Shown here one piece after another: positions 25,557 to 39,711 of a stretch of 64,000 nucleotides of DNA. Both the position numbers and the translations under genes were made by a program. This DNA comes from Octopus sinensis (lineage: Eukaryota), in NCBI RefSeq assembly GCF_006345805.1, contig NC_042999.1, positions 7,626,001-7,690,000 of the forward strand. Reading direction: 5' to 3'. The notes beneath the pieces were generated by a model that saw only the letters and a list, made by a program, of their open reading frames with translations, searched no databases and was not told where the DNA came from. The stretch's first letter is position 1, and the number at the start of each line of letters is the position of its first letter.

Positions 25557-25845
25557 TATAAATTAGAGAAAAACCACTATTATGTAAGTTAAACAATGAT
25601 AGGCATGAACCAAATCATAAAGAAAAACTAAAATATATTATAAAATATATAACTAGATTACAAAAAGTACATAATAGTAAATAAACGGTATATAATAAGT
25701 ACTTATATACTGTTTATTTATTATCATGTACTTTTTGTAATCTAGTTATATATTTTATAATATATTTTAGTTTTTCTTTATGATTTGGTTCATGCCTATC
25801 ATTGTTTGAGTTGCATAATAGTGTTTTTTCTCTAATTTATATATA
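25557..25845. repeat. ~290-bp AT-rich near-perfect palindrome
   Basis: AATTAGAGAAAAACCACTATTATG...GTACATAATAGTAAATAAAC mirrored around ~25698. Confidence 0.85.
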
Positions 25846-25898
25846 TATTTATATATTTATATTGTGAAATTTGATTTAATACTAAATTATTATTATTA

Positions 25899-25930
<32 letters not shown>

Positions 25931-25950
25931 TATTATTATTATTATTATTG

Positions 25951-26296
25951 AGTGAGAGAGCAGTGCATGCCATCAAAGTGACACTGGGGTAAAATATACG
26001 AAGCCCAGTATACCCATCATGACTACCCGTCTGATAAGGGCACACCGAGCACATGCATCACAACCATATGTTCACGACATGGTGATCTCATATCAAGATA
26101 AACAGCACATGATCTTGCAGGTGGGGCCCAGTTAGAGTTTTCTTGTGGTCGAGTAGCCCATCCTGCTCAAAAGGTCCCTGAATAAGAGTTGTTTAAGGTT
26201 GTTGAACGAACCACCCATGTTTCCAAATGTGAATTATTCAAACTCCAAAGAATCCCTCTTAGCACATGGCTATGATGCTCCCCCTCTACTTCTGCT
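25951..26296 (-). mobile_element. Non-autonomous repeat family D, 3' part ending in (AAT)n
   Basis: 26213-26296 is the reverse complement of 27678-27762; abuts (ATT)n at 25887-25950. Confidence 0.65.
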
Positions 26297-27263
26297 TTCA
26301 AAACAAGAAATTTTGAGGCTGTGTATTATAATGTGGATGGGAATATAAATATAATCGGTGGTTAATTTCTGTTGATTTTATAAAATAAGCGTTATATTTA
26401 GTTTAAGAATCTTAGAGACCCAGTTCTGGCCAGGAAGCATTTGAACAAATTTTTAGATCTGTGGAATCCTAGATAAGCTAACGTCATACAAAGTAGAACT
26501 ACACACACACACACATATGTGTGTGTGTACGTTTGAATCTCGGTCTGTTGAGGTATGCGAAGATGTTTCTTTAAATATCTCTTATATGATGTATTCAAAT
26601 CTATTTAACGATACCTTCAAGTATCGTGCGGCAGCCTATTCAAGCAGTGAAGAAAACTGCAATTTCAGATATTTGTTATGCAGCAAAACAAAGGGCATGC
26701 TTCATGAAAGGGTAGGAGCCTGTGGGAAGTGCTCTACATTCGTTGAAAACAAATTAGAATAAAAGGACCTGATATTTCCCATGAACTTAATTTTTGTGTA
26801 GCGTATAAAAGACATATTTCTTTACTAGTTCTTTCTGTCTCTCTAGATATGAAGACAATACTGTTTAGAAATTTAGTCACGCATATAAACCAAATCAATG
26901 TTTTTAAAATACTTTCCGCACATTTTTTTTTTTACAGAATGTTTTGTTCTCACAAATACTAATTGACAATTTAACACTTAGAATTTAAAAAATTAACTTC
27001 AGTTAAGTCAGCCAACCACCAGTAATTTCTTCAGGGATGTTCCTTACACCTCCATATTCACAATGGGCCAAAAGCTACACACAAAAAAAATTCATTACGC
27101 TTCGGAATTGTCAAAAATATGCCTCAATTTTACTAGAATTGTATAAACTAAATAAAAAAAAAATGATGAATACACACGCATTTGTATATGATTAACAACA
27201 TGAACAACAACAACAATAATAATAATGATAATAATACTATTAATAATAATAATGATGATGATG

Positions 27264-27323
<60 letters not shown>

Positions 27324-27423
27324 GTAGTAGTAGTAGCAGTAGTAGTCGTCGTCGTCGTCACCGTCGTCGTCGTTCGTCGTCGTCGTCATCCTCGCAGTCG
27401 TCGTCATCGTCGTCGTCGTCGTC

Positions 27424-27465
<42 letters not shown>

Positions 27466-27466
27466 A

Positions 27467-27770
27467 TAAATGCCCTGATGCAGTACCAGGCAGTGGTTCT
27501 CATGGCTCCTGATCTTAACTGATTGGAAGTGTTATCATGTACATTGTTTTGTCTTGGTATAAAAGATGGGCTACAGCAAATATTCTGCTCAATGCCACAA
27601 ATTTGCTTGTCAGTTGTTTGACCGTAACCAGTTGAGCATGTCCCTTAGTGGCTGACGATATGTGCATCTCTGATCCCAAGCAGAAGTAGAGGGGGAGTAT
27701 CATAGCCATGTGTTGAGAGGGATTTTTGGGGTTTGGATAATTCACCTTTGGAAACATGGGTATTTGGTTC
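27467..27770 (+). mobile_element. Repeat family D, 5' part
   Basis: TAAATGCCCTGATGCAG...GGTATAAAAGATGGGCT follows (GTC)n(TAG)n; second copy at 28887-29005. Confidence 0.7.
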
Positions 27771-28265
27771 TACGTATTTTTGGGCTGTTCTTTGGCAAGG
27801 CACAGCACCCGTTCAGCCACCCTGCCAGGGATATGATGAAGTCATGGTACTGTAGCATGGCGGTTTGTGAACAGGCAGCTGAGGAGCCCAACGGAGCCAA
27901 CGGAGCCAACTGTACTTCTTGCATTGATGCTGAGCGATAGAATTTTTGAAGATCAATAGTCAGGGTCACCAAGTTCAATGAAGAACATGCAACACATCCA
28001 TTGGAGCAGCGTTCCTGGTTGAGTAATCAGCTAAGGAAAAATTCAGTTTGACTCAAGACCTCAATTCAAATTCAAAATGAATTGAGTAGCGACCGAGATT
28101 CACGGGAATCTGTGGAAACAGTGCGACCGAATATGTATCTATGTATGTATGTATGTATGATTGCACGTATGTATGTATGCATGCATGCTTGGATGCCTGT
28201 ATGTATGTATGTATGTATGTATGTATGTATGTATGTATGTATGTATATATGTATGTATGTATGTA

Positions 28266-28296
<31 letters not shown>

Positions 28297-28452
28297 ATGT
28301 ATGCATGCATGTAGTTATGTATGTATGTATGTATGTATGTATGTATGTATGCATGCTTGCATGCATGTATGTATGTATGTATGTACGTATGTATTTATGT
28401 ATGTATGTATGTATGTATGTATGTTATGTATGTATGCATGTTTGCATGTATG

Positions 28453-28484
<32 letters not shown>

Positions 28485-28837
28485 ACGAAAATCTAAAGTG
28501 GACCTAACTTTCTCCCGTGGAAAATTAATTTATTGAACTATTTACAATTACAAAATGTAATCTATAACCAACTCGATATTCCAAGTTGCGTTCATTTAAA
28601 ATAACTAGAAAAACAAAGAACGTTATTATTGCAAAATTCATATTTTTCTATAGCACATTATTTTGAACTTTAGGCACCTGTTCCGCAACGTGGGTAGCAG
28701 TGGGTATGTGAGGTCATGTAATCGACCTTCCTAGCATTACTTATCATATCAGCCTGAAAAGATGACAATGGGAATTTGAACTTATATTTTATAACAATAT
28801 TATTATCAGGAGTAAAAAGCGTCGTCGTCGTCGTCGC

Positions 28838-28886
<49 letters not shown>

Positions 28887-28889
<3 letters not shown>

Positions 28890-29005
28890 AATGCCCTGAT
28901 GCAGCGCTAGGCAGTGGCTCTCATGGCTCCTGATCTTAACTGATTGGAAGTGTTATCATGTCCATTGTTTTGTCTTGGTATAAAAGATGGGCTTACAGAA
29001 AATAT
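28887..29005 (+). mobile_element. Repeat family D, truncated
   Basis: Near-identical to 27467-27585, with the same (GTC)n(TAG)n lead-in. Confidence 0.7.
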
Positions 29006-31221
29006 CTTTGATTTCATAATTCACTGACATTTCATTTGAATTCTATGCGTTGTGAATTCAATTTCGATCGTTGTTCGGTTCTGTTAAACGTCTTGGATAC
29101 GGCATATATCTTATAAATGGCCTTAAATCCAAAGTAACCATCATTCTGTTTCGTTCGAGTCGTTGGTTGGTCAGTTGGTAAAAGGCTTTGTAGTATAAAC
29201 TTAATTGTCAACGAAGGGTGCACACGCTCACTAGATAATAACAGCAATGACGATGACAATAATAATAATAATAATAATAATAATGGCTGACGGTGCAACA
29301 TATATTGTTCTCTGGGAAACTGTAATAATTCATTGATTCCTGGAGCCCATTAAAATGTCCTTATAGACAAGCAGCATTCATCAGAGGTTAACGTGACAGA
29401 GGTCGGAATCACTTTTGAGCTTGTGAATTCCAAATTACCAAAGAGGAAGAATTTCCTGACATTTCTAACTATTACGACTTTACTCCATTGAATCATCGTA
29501 AATTCGGATATGGTGAGCATCACTTTGGAAGGACGTATAATGTATGAAATTGAATAAAAGCGAATGCGTTGGTAACATTAAATAAAAGCGAAAGATAACG
29601 TTAGCAGCTGACTTTTCTTTTGGTCGCTGCTACTTTTGTTACCTGAATTATTTTTCTTGCCAGGGCTGCATCTAATATAAAATGATTTCTTACATATGCA
29701 TACAGCCACAGAACTTGTAAGTGAGTTGAAGTACGACTGTAGAGTAATCAAACCTTTGTCAAAGAAAATACAATTGTGTCATACATATGCATAATGTCTG
29801 AGGATTTCAACAATGGCTTTATATCAAATTATGGTGTTCTGCCTTTTTCTATGACTCTAGCAACGTAAATGGAATTTCGTTGTCATGACATGAATTTACT
29901 TCCACTCAACAGTGCTATATTTCTCAATGTTTGCACAATGACTTAAATTCACGAAATGTAATGCCTTACATCTCTTCGAAGATAGATTAATGGTAATGGC
30001 TGATCCACAAGGTTGTCATACGGAACTTATATTTTACTTCTGTTTAAAAAGAAAACGGGCCACATATGCGAGGAGTAAAGAACTACACAGTAGATGTTTA
30101 ACAGAAGTGTTTTGCTTGTCTTAACTTCCACGAAAACTCAAATGTATTTAGGAGAGAAACTAAAGAATATTACTGGTGGTATAACTTAAGTAAAACAATG
30201 CTATCTCAGAATGAAAAAGTCTTTTCGAAGCTCGATACACCCGGCGTTTACTTGTTTGACGACAAACACCAAGAACAAAGCAACATTGTAAAATGAAAAG
30301 GAGAAACGAAATGGAGTGAGTATTTGGATTGTTTCTGTAATTTTATTTAAGATATGGATTGTAGAAATATTTTGACTATGAGGTTAAGTTTTACTGAATG
30401 TGTTTCGGCCTCTTTCAGTTCTGTGATTTTAAACCAACCGGAGATGTATTAGCAACAACATTTCAGTCAGTATGTGTGTAAAAAGTAAGAAATAATCCAA
30501 ACATACATTGGTAAGTTCTTGTGAGAGTCTTTAGTGGAATTCATTTTGGTAAGGAGCAGAATGTCGAATAAGTTAATGTGCCGAGATGAAAGAGTGACTC
30601 ACATGAAACGTTAGCTATTTTAGTTTTCCACTCGGTCGAGGATCAAAAGAAGCGGCCTCCATGACGTTTGAAGGCAAGACTTGGATTTTAAACAAAAACA
30701 GAACTCTGAGTGAAATATTGTGATGGAGTCGATGTTTCGTTGCTACTATGACAACCAACGTTATTTCTTTAATTGTAAATTTGAATTCTCAACTGAGATG
30801 AGTTCGAATTAGATTAAATTTCTAGGCGATTTAAATGCAAAAGTTTCCCATGTCAAGTGACCAAAGCGTGTCATCAGAAAAGCACCCAGGAGTCATGACC
30901 TGCACGTTGCCCGCCCCTCTTGGAGTGTAAGCAGTTAAGGGCTAAAACAATTGCCTGCAGTGGTTTTCGTTTCTAAAGACCTTCTGCTGTTCAACTCTCT
31001 TGAGAGTTTCTTACCACCATAGATCATACGACGAATTTAGTTCTAGAATATAAACTCTATTTTATAACGAATTACTTTGCACTGAATTTGCATGTTCTCT
31101 CTCCGCGACCAATGAAAATAGTTAGAATAGTGTTTCATCAAAACTCCTGCTGGATCGTTCGATTATCTTCACTTAACTCCACTGCATTGATATTCTGATT
31201 TAAGAGAAACATTCACCAATG

Positions 31222-31983
31222 TGCTGGCAGAAACGTTAGTACGCCGGGCAAAATGCTTAGCGGTGTTTCGTCTGCCGTTACGTTCTGAGTTCAAACACCA
31301 CCGAGGTCGACTTTGCCTTTCATCCTTTCGGGGTCGATTAAATAAGTACCAGTTACGCACTGGGGTCGATATAATCGACTTAATCCGTTTGTCTGTCCTA
31401 GTTCGTCCTCTCTGTGTTTAGCCCCTTGTGGGTAGTAAAGAAATAGGTATTTCATCTGCCGCTATGTCTGAGTTCAAATACCACCGAGGTCGACTTTGCC
31501 TTTCATCCTTTCGGGGTCGATTAAATAAGTACCAGTTACGCACTGGGGTCGATATAATCGACTTAATCCGTTTGTCTGTCCTAGTTCGTCCTCTCTGTGT
31601 TTAGCCCCTTGTGGGTAGTAAAGAAATAGGTATTTCATCTGCCGCTATGTCTGAGTTCAAATACCACCGAGGTCGACTTTGCCTTTCATCCTTTCGGGGT
31701 CGATTAAATAAGTACCAGTTACGCACTGGAGTCGATATAATCGACTTAATCCGTTTGTCTGTCCTAGTTCGTCCTCTCTGTGTTTAGCCCCTTGTGGGTA
31801 GTAAAGAAATAGGTATTTCATCTGCCGCTATGTCTGAGTTCAAATACCACCGAGGTCGACTTTGCCTTTCATCCTTTCGGGGTCGATTAAATAAGTACCA
31901 GTTACGCACTGGGGTCGATGTAATCGACTTAGTCCGTTTGCCCTCTCTGTGTTTAGCCCCTTTGAGGGTAGTAAAGAAATAGT
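31222..31983 (+). repeat. SINE family B as a tandem array of four ~183-bp units
   Basis: GGTATTTCATCTGCCGCTATGTCTGAG at 31446, 31629 and 31812. Confidence 0.9.
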
Positions 31984-32494
31984 ATTCCTATTAACTGTTT
32001 GTGTTTTCGAATCCCAAACAAAGTTTCAAACTGAATACGTCAAATTAACGAAGTTTTGATCGACTTTCATACATTCCTGTTATTAAAAACTTTTAATGGA
32101 CCATACCTGAGTAGCTGATCAACACTAACAGAACACTGATTACGGACATAGTGCAGTTGTTTTGTTGAAGAATTAAGTCCCAACTTCGTAGATGCCTGTA
32201 CGGTAGCTTCTTTCTTTGACCCAACACTACTCTAGTTAGCTATTCTCAAAGTATCGTTTCTCCAGAATTGTTTAAACTCCTGAGCAGTTACTGTTTTGGA
32301 TTGATCTGAAATAAATACAGTTTGGCAAGAACATAGCTTCTGAAGCAAACTTTGGTTATTCTCGCAAATTATTTGGTTTTTATCACATATTTGACACAAA
32401 TCGACCTTCATATCGTTTGTCTATAACTTGGTAAATTGAAAACATTTCTCATGGAAGGATTTGACGTAACTAACAAAATTTCTCTCCATTTTCT

Positions 32495-32718
32495 TCTTTC
32501 TTTATTGCCCATAAGGGGCTAAACATAGAGGGGACAAAGAAGGACAGACAAAGAGATTAAGCCGATTACATCGGCCCCAGTGTGTAACTGCTACTTAATT
32601 TATCGACCCCGAAATGATGAAAGGCAAAGTCGACCTCGGCGGAATTTGAACTCACAACGTAACGGCAGATGAAATACCGCTAAGCATTTCGCCCGGCGTA
32701 CTAACGTCTCTACAAGCT
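32495..32718 (-). mobile_element. SINE family B
   Basis: Reverse complement of the family B unit. Confidence 0.85.
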
Positions 32719-33128
32719 CTCCATTTTCTTAATGTATTACAAATGTATCTTTTTTTCTACATCTTTGTCATCATTGATATAGTTGTTGGAGATAATATCT
32801 TTGTTATTCAGCTGAATTTAAAACTTCTTGATATGAATAGTAGACTGGAATGGTAGTACCTCACTTACCGCGTGTCTGTGCACAGGAAAACAAACTATAT
32901 TCAACACAACTACCCGAGGGACCACTTAACGGTTACACAAAACACAGACCCTTTCAGGCGCATTGTTGCACCTACACAGATTATCAATTTGCAAGATGGT
33001 GTCAGAGTGAGTCATAGAGAAGTGTTGAGTCTTGGCCATAGAAACAATGCTCTGATGGAGATATGATAAGAGAAGTCAATGTTTTGGGGGGGAAAAAAGA
33101 GGCAGATTCTGTATCAGCTCAATCAAAT

Positions 33129-33140
33129 TTACTACAACTG

Positions 33141-33188
<48 letters not shown>

Positions 33189-33467
33189 CCACCACTACTA
33201 CAATACTACCACCTCTACCGGCACTACTACTACTACTACTGCTACTACTACTATCACCATCACCACCGCCACCACCACAACTACAACGACTACCACCACC
33301 ACCGCTACAACTACAATACTACCACCACTACCGGCACTACTACTACTACTACTACTGCTACTACTATTATCATCATCACCCCCGCCACCGCCACAACTAC
33401 AACGACTACCACCACCACCGGCACTAGTACCACCACCACTACCACCACCACCACCACCACCACCACC

Positions 33468-33504
<37 letters not shown>

Positions 33505-33727
33505 TTACTACCACTACTACAATACTATCACCATCACCACCGCCACCACCATAACTACAACGACCACAACCACCACCACTACAACTACAATACTACCACC
33601 ACTACCGGCACTACTACTACTACTATCACTACCACCACCACCACAACTACAACGACTACCATCACCACCGGCACTACTACTACTACTACTACCACCACCA
33701 TCACCACTACCAGCACCAACATCACCC

Positions 33728-33761
<34 letters not shown>

Positions 33762-33816
33762 AACTACTACTACAACAACTACTACTACTAGTACTACTGC
33801 TGCTGCTACTACTACA
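33129..33816. repeat. Compound (CTA)/(CCA) trinucleotide repeat with higher-order units
   Basis: ACAATACTACCACC(T/A)CTACCGGCAC recurs near 33200, 33313 and 33587. Confidence 0.9.
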
Positions 33817-34916
33817 TAACATAGAAGTCGACCAATATATCTTGTTCTGCGACGTATAATGCTTGTCCTGTTGCAATATCTTAACACATGACTAATGAAG
33901 GTGCAAACAGACCGGCTTTGGACGAGTTTTTAGGAAGGAAAAGATTTGCATTTCTTATTAAAGATATTAAAGGGGAAACCTGTGCTGACAGACATTTAAT
34001 TAGTATGTGAGTGTTGATTTTAGTGAAGAATTACGTGTCGACCATATGTAATTGGCAGAAACAAGGAAAGACCGCCGGGTGGAAATATCGGAAAGAAAAA
34101 GTACCAATGATAGTCAGAGAGGGAGAGGGAGAGAGGGTAGAGCGGATAGACAGAAGGAGAAATGAGAAGGATGAGAAAGAGCGAGAGAAGAGTGAGAGAG
34201 ATTTAGAAATTTGAATATACACGTCTGGATAGCAGGAATAATACAGGGGAGAATTAGATAAAATAAAAAGAGGAAGATAAGAACATGGTATTGCTCTAGA
34301 GCTAACTAACATAATTGAACGATAGTGAAATATCGATTAGTTCCAGGGTGAGTGAGTAATTTGGTGAGATGATGTATTAACATATATTTCTTTGCATCAA
34401 TGTAAACCTTTATAGCTGGAGAGATTTTATCAATTAATTTAATTATTTATTTCCTTTTGCAATATCTATTGATAATATTTACATCCGGTTTCGCTAGATT
34501 CAGAGGAGTAACACCATCCATTTTTACCAGGAATTAACGCAAGCGAAGATTATTTTACTCCATAGAATGGGTACCAAGTCGAGCTTTTATTTCAAAAGCT
34601 TAACTTTCGGTTCAAATTGGATCAACTCTTCAGCTCCCGATATCCGCTAGCTCAATCACAAAGCAAGAAGACTGGACACAGCAATATCGATCTTCTATGT
34701 TGAATCGAGATCTACCCCTCGGTAATATCTATGTATATGCAGAGAAATAGCTAGTAATCCATATTGGTAGATGCGCCACCAGGAGAGATGGTATACCGAA
34801 CTAAATTCATGCGACACGCAGCCTTATAGAGGTGCTTTGTAGACGGAGTCATTCTTTTATACACAGCATAAAAAACAGGTCCTCAACCAAAACTTTGAGA
34901 CGTCCAATAATTGTTA

Positions 34917-35148
34917 CTTACTTCTTTATTGCCCACAAGGGGCTAAACACATAGGGGACAAACAAGGACAGACAAAGGGATTAAGTCGATTACATCGACT
35001 TAATTTAACTCGTACTTAATTTATCCACCCCGAAAGGATGAAAGGCAAAGTCGACCGCGGCGGAATTTGAACTCACAACGTAACGGCAGACGAAATACGG
35101 ACACACATTTCGCCTGGCGCGCTAACGTTTCTGCCAGCTCGCCGCCTT
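34917..35148 (-). mobile_element. SINE family B
   Basis: Ends CTGCCAGCTCGCCGCC, the head on the minus strand. Confidence 0.85.
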
Positions 35149-35286
35149 CCAATAATTGTTACGATATAAGAACAAATATATTCTCTTAATATTGCGTACA
35201 CTAATTATTTCGTACTTTGACTGGTATATAAAAATGTTACCGAATATACATGGTGCGTGTGTGTGTTGATATTTATATACCCTTAT

Positions 35287-35675
35287 AGGTGCAGGTGTAG
35301 CTGCGTGGTTAGAAGTTTTCTTCCCAAACACACGATTCCGGTTTGAGTTCCACTGCGTGGCACCATTGGTAGGTGTCTTCTACTATGGCCTCGAACCGAC
35401 CAAAGCCCTGTGAGTAGATTTGGTAGACGGAAACTGAAAGAAGTCCGTCGTATATATATATATGTGTGTGTCTTCGTTTGCCCCCGATCACCGCTTGAAA
35501 AACGGCGCTAATATGTTTACGTTCCAGGAATTTAGAAGTCCGGCAAAAAACACCGATAGAATAAGTGCCAAGCTTAAAAAATAATAAGCACTGGGGACGA
35601 TTCATTCGAATTTAAGATTCTTCAAGGTGGGCCACAGTATGGCCGCAGTCTAATGACTATAACAAGTAAATGATA
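35287..35675 (+). mobile_element. SINE family A (diverged)
   Basis: Co-linear with family A. Confidence 0.8.
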
Positions 35676-36038
35676 AAAGAAATATATAAAGAGAGAGGGA
35701 TAGAGACCCCTTCAGAGAGACATACATATATACAAAATATACAAACAGACAAACGCACACACACACACCACACAAATACACATACTCACACACACAGGCA
35801 CACAGACACACACACAAACATCAATTTATATAGGTGCAGAAACGAAAAAAGTAAATAACTTCCGATAAAAAGTGCTTATAAATCATTCTGCTTTATAAAT
35901 TCATTATATATATATAGCAATTTTTCCGATGGTGGGATAACTGAAGAGATGGCGGCGTGGATTTCCACACCAATATCCAAAACCCGGTGTTTTATCATGG
36001 CTACCGAATAATTGTCACATATTACATTTACAGATACA

Positions 36039-36141
<103 letters not shown>

Positions 36142-36596
36142 CGTGTATATATCAATATATACATGTATGTATATATGTGTGTGGATGGGTGTATTTCTGT
36201 ATCATGGTCATTAAAGGTGATGTATGTCTTGGCAAAGTACAGACCACTGTTATGAAACGTTTTCGAAATGGACGAATATAATTACACAATTATTAAATCA
36301 AAGGATTACGTTGCTAACGTTTGTTGCATTTCTGGAGATTAGCGGCTTTTCTAATTTTACCACTAATGCTACCTGAAATATTCTTGCCAATTAATCCTAT
36401 GTCTCTCTTTGAATGTGTTGATTAATCTGCAGTTGTGATTAGATACGAAATGGCCATTGACGTTGATGTTCACTTCACATTTAACTAAACATTCTAACGT
36501 AACAGCTACTTTAAATTTGTATTCAATAATATTTATGTCGCTGTTCATATTATTCTAAATATTTACTTGAGAATTTCTGTAGTATTCAGTAAGGTT

Positions 36597-36880
36597 TGTT
36601 GTGTCTGGGGAGAGTCGTTTTCTTTTTGTGCCTTATAATGTAACACACTCACCGGTAAAATTTCCACATATTTCTTATTTTTATTTTCCTAAGATTTTCG
36701 TTGAGTCTTGCAACCTTTTCAATAGTCTTGACTGAAAATAAGAAATATGTCGAACGTTTACTGGTGAGTGTGTTACATAATAAGGCACAAAAAGAAAATG
36801 ACTCTCCCCAGACACAACAGAATATGCTTCAACACACGAACTCATATAAAGAATCTTGCAAACCAAATCCAAAAACGAGA
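36597..36880. repeat. Inverted-repeat cassette with degenerate C3U/G8A hammerhead (36689-36725, minus)
   Basis: 36600-36682 is inverted relative to 36735-36815. Minus strand CTA-TTGAAAA-G-GTTG-caagact-CAAC-GAAA-AT-CT-TAG. Confidence 0.6.
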
Positions 36881-37002
36881 TATCAGTAAGGTTTTTTTTT
36901 ATTAAAGTTTTCTTTACCCATACATACACACTGATGCACACACGAAACACACATTTCTGTGAATATATATCTATGTTCAGATATACTCTTTTACTCTTTT
37001 AC

Positions 37003-37383
37003 TAGTTTCAGTCATTTGACTGCGGCCATGCTGGAGCACCGCCTTAAATCGAACAACTCGACCCCGGGACTTATTCTTTGTAAGCCCAGTACTTATTCTA
37101 TCGGTCTCTTTTGCCGAACCGCTAAGTGACGGGGACATAAACACACCAGCATCGGTTGTCAAGCAATGTTAGGAGGACAAACATATACACACACATACAT
37201 ATATATATATATACATATATACGATAGGCTTCTTTCAGTTTCCGTCTACCAAATCCACTCACAAGGCTTTGGTTGGCCCGAGGCTATAGTAGAAGACACT
37301 TGCCCAAGGTGCCACGCAGTGGGACTGAACCCGGAACCATGTGGTTGGTAAACAAGCTACTTACCACACAACCACTCCTGCGC
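37003..37383 (-). mobile_element. SINE family A
   Basis: Co-linear with family A. Confidence 0.9.
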
Positions 37384-37504
37384 CAGATATGTTTGTGTTT
37401 TGTGTGTATGTGTGTGTGTGGGTTGTATGCTGTAAATATATTCGGAATATCCTGTAAAGACTTGAGGTAAACTTTGTTATATTAAGCTATATTAATCCCT
37501 GTAG

Positions 37505-37760
37505 AGGGCGCCACGTCATAGTGGAAAAGATCCCATTTACCATCCAGACTTAAGACTGGGTTCTGTTATATCTTAGAGTCTAAAGACCCTTATCCTTTTG
37601 ATATTCTACCTAAGAGGTTTACATGCTGTGGATATTGGTGTCTTTCAGTGCCAGCTGGACCTTCTGCTACAAAGAATTCCAAATGAGCTGACTACGTGGC
37701 AAGAAAGGTAACTGAGGGCAGAATGTTCGGTCTCCCACATTCACCTGAAGTTCAATTGAC
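37505..37760 (+). pseudogene. Degenerate CR1/L2-group LINE 3' coding fragment
   Basis: GRHVIVEKIP, FDILPK and (VF..QLDLLLQRIPNE) resemble the FN.LP..FK..LD..L..IPDEP end of such LINEs. Confidence 0.4.
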
Positions 37761-37923
37761 ATGAACTGACCTTTGGTGTTAGCTGGCGTCTATATCAGTC
37801 ATCTCCTAACATACAAACGCATATACATGCAGGTATGTACGTATGCACACACAGACACGCACATGTGCCTACACACATACTCACACACACACGCACATAT
37901 ATATATATATATGTATATGTATG

Positions 37924-37960
<37 letters not shown>

Positions 37961-37995
37961 CTGTGTGTGTCTGTGTGTATGTATCTATATATGTG

Positions 37996-38502
37996 ACCTC
38001 TTTTGGTCATGAATGACCATGGAATTGCACCTAGAAAGTTACCCTCCGAGGCACAAGTCTGGGCAAGTTTGTTTATGGAAGACCAGCAGTCGCCCATGCA
38101 TATCAGCCTCCCCTCTCCACGCCACCGATGTTGTCCAAGGGAAAGGCAAAGGGGCCGATACAGCTTGGTACCAGTCGCGGCTCATTTATTAACGTGCAAG
38201 TGGCTGAGCACTCCACAGACACGTGTATCCTTAAGATAGTTCCCGATGAGATTCAACGTGACACAGAGTGTGACAAGGCTGGCCCTTTGAAATACAAGTA
38301 CAACAGAAATAACAGGAAGAAAGAGTCAGAGAAAGTTGTGGTGAAAGAGTACAGCAAGGTTTACCACCACCCCCTGCCGGAGCCTCGTGGAGATTTAGGT
38401 GTTTTCGCTCAATAAACACTCACAACGCCCGGTCTGGGAATCGAAACCCCGATCCTACAACCGCGAGACCGCTACCCTAACCACTGGGCCATTGCGTCTC
38501 CA
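37996..38502 (-). mobile_element. SINE family C
   Basis: Reverse complement is homologous to 1561-2056. Confidence 0.85.
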
Positions 38503-38519
38503 CATCTATATATGTATAT

Positions 38520-38562
<43 letters not shown>

Positions 38563-39159
38563 TATATACAGAAAGATGTTTGTGTGTGTTTATGCACGAC
38601 TGTTATCTCTACAGCTATTTCAATAGCTCTACAGCTATTATCTTGCAGCTATCCTCTCATCTACAACCCATCCCGGAGCATAATATTGTTAGACAAAACA
38701 GAGAAAATTCTAGTATCTCTAAGTTTTGTCAACCGTAATTTCAGTGACTGCTCGAATCCGTAATTTTTGGGAATGCTCAGAATCTCCTTACTTTATGAAT
38801 ATATTTTCTTCGTTAAACTTAGCTTACCTGCGAGTAACAAATTTTGGGGTAGAAAATTTGCATTTAGCAAACTCCTTGATTTCTCACTTCCGTTTCATAT
38901 TAATAAATATGTATTAAGCACTGGTGCTTGAAGCCAAGTTACAAGTATTAATTATTATTCAGAGAACACAGCTAGAAGTCTAAACTAGCTGAATATTATT
39001 AAAAACACTTAAGGTATTTCAAAAAGTATGATGTGTCTAGAAGTAAAATCACTGTAAAAATTCCATCCATCTAAGTAACATAAAAATTTGTATATCTAAG
39101 GAGAAAAATCTATAAAAATTAAGTGCTACTACTTGTCCACATCACTATCATTATAACAA

Positions 39160-39333
<174 letters not shown>

Positions 39334-39396
39334 TATATTTATAAAAAAGAAGTTTGGAAACGCCACTATATAAGATAAATTTTAAGTTTCTTAGAA

Positions 39397-39444
39397 ATTT
39401 TACATGTTTCGGTTCTTCTTGAAAAAATGAACCTTATCAAAAAT
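39397..39444 (-). ncRNA. Minimal hammerhead ribozyme, C3U/G8A core
   Basis: Minus strand ATTT-TTGATAA-GGTTC-13nt-GAACC-GAAA-CATG-TA-AAAT: palindromic CAUG stem III, GUA triplet; between (TA)n tracts. Confidence 0.65.
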
Positions 39445-39711
39445 ATTTTAAAAAGTTAAGTGGAATAAAAAAGTTCATAATTGTTTCTTACTAGTCTCAA
39501 CAGAATCCACGTGCTGGTTTTTTTGTTGTGGAGAGCATAATAGCTGTCTTGTGTGATATTATATATATATGATATATGATATATATATAGTAAAAACGCG
39601 GCCACAAGTAGTAACAAGTCTATTTTGAATTACTATGTAAAACACAACAGGTCCAGATTTTTATGTCTTCCGCGCGGGTTAATTACTGATAAAAAGTTTA
39701 TTAAAAAATAT

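Noticed and set aside
29900-30945. Decayed piggyBac transposase end (TTAAGGGCTAA at ~30935)
   Set aside because: No matching left end or clear protein motif.
31222-31983. CRISPR-like array
   Set aside because: Tandem SINE units with no unique spacers, in eukaryotic context.
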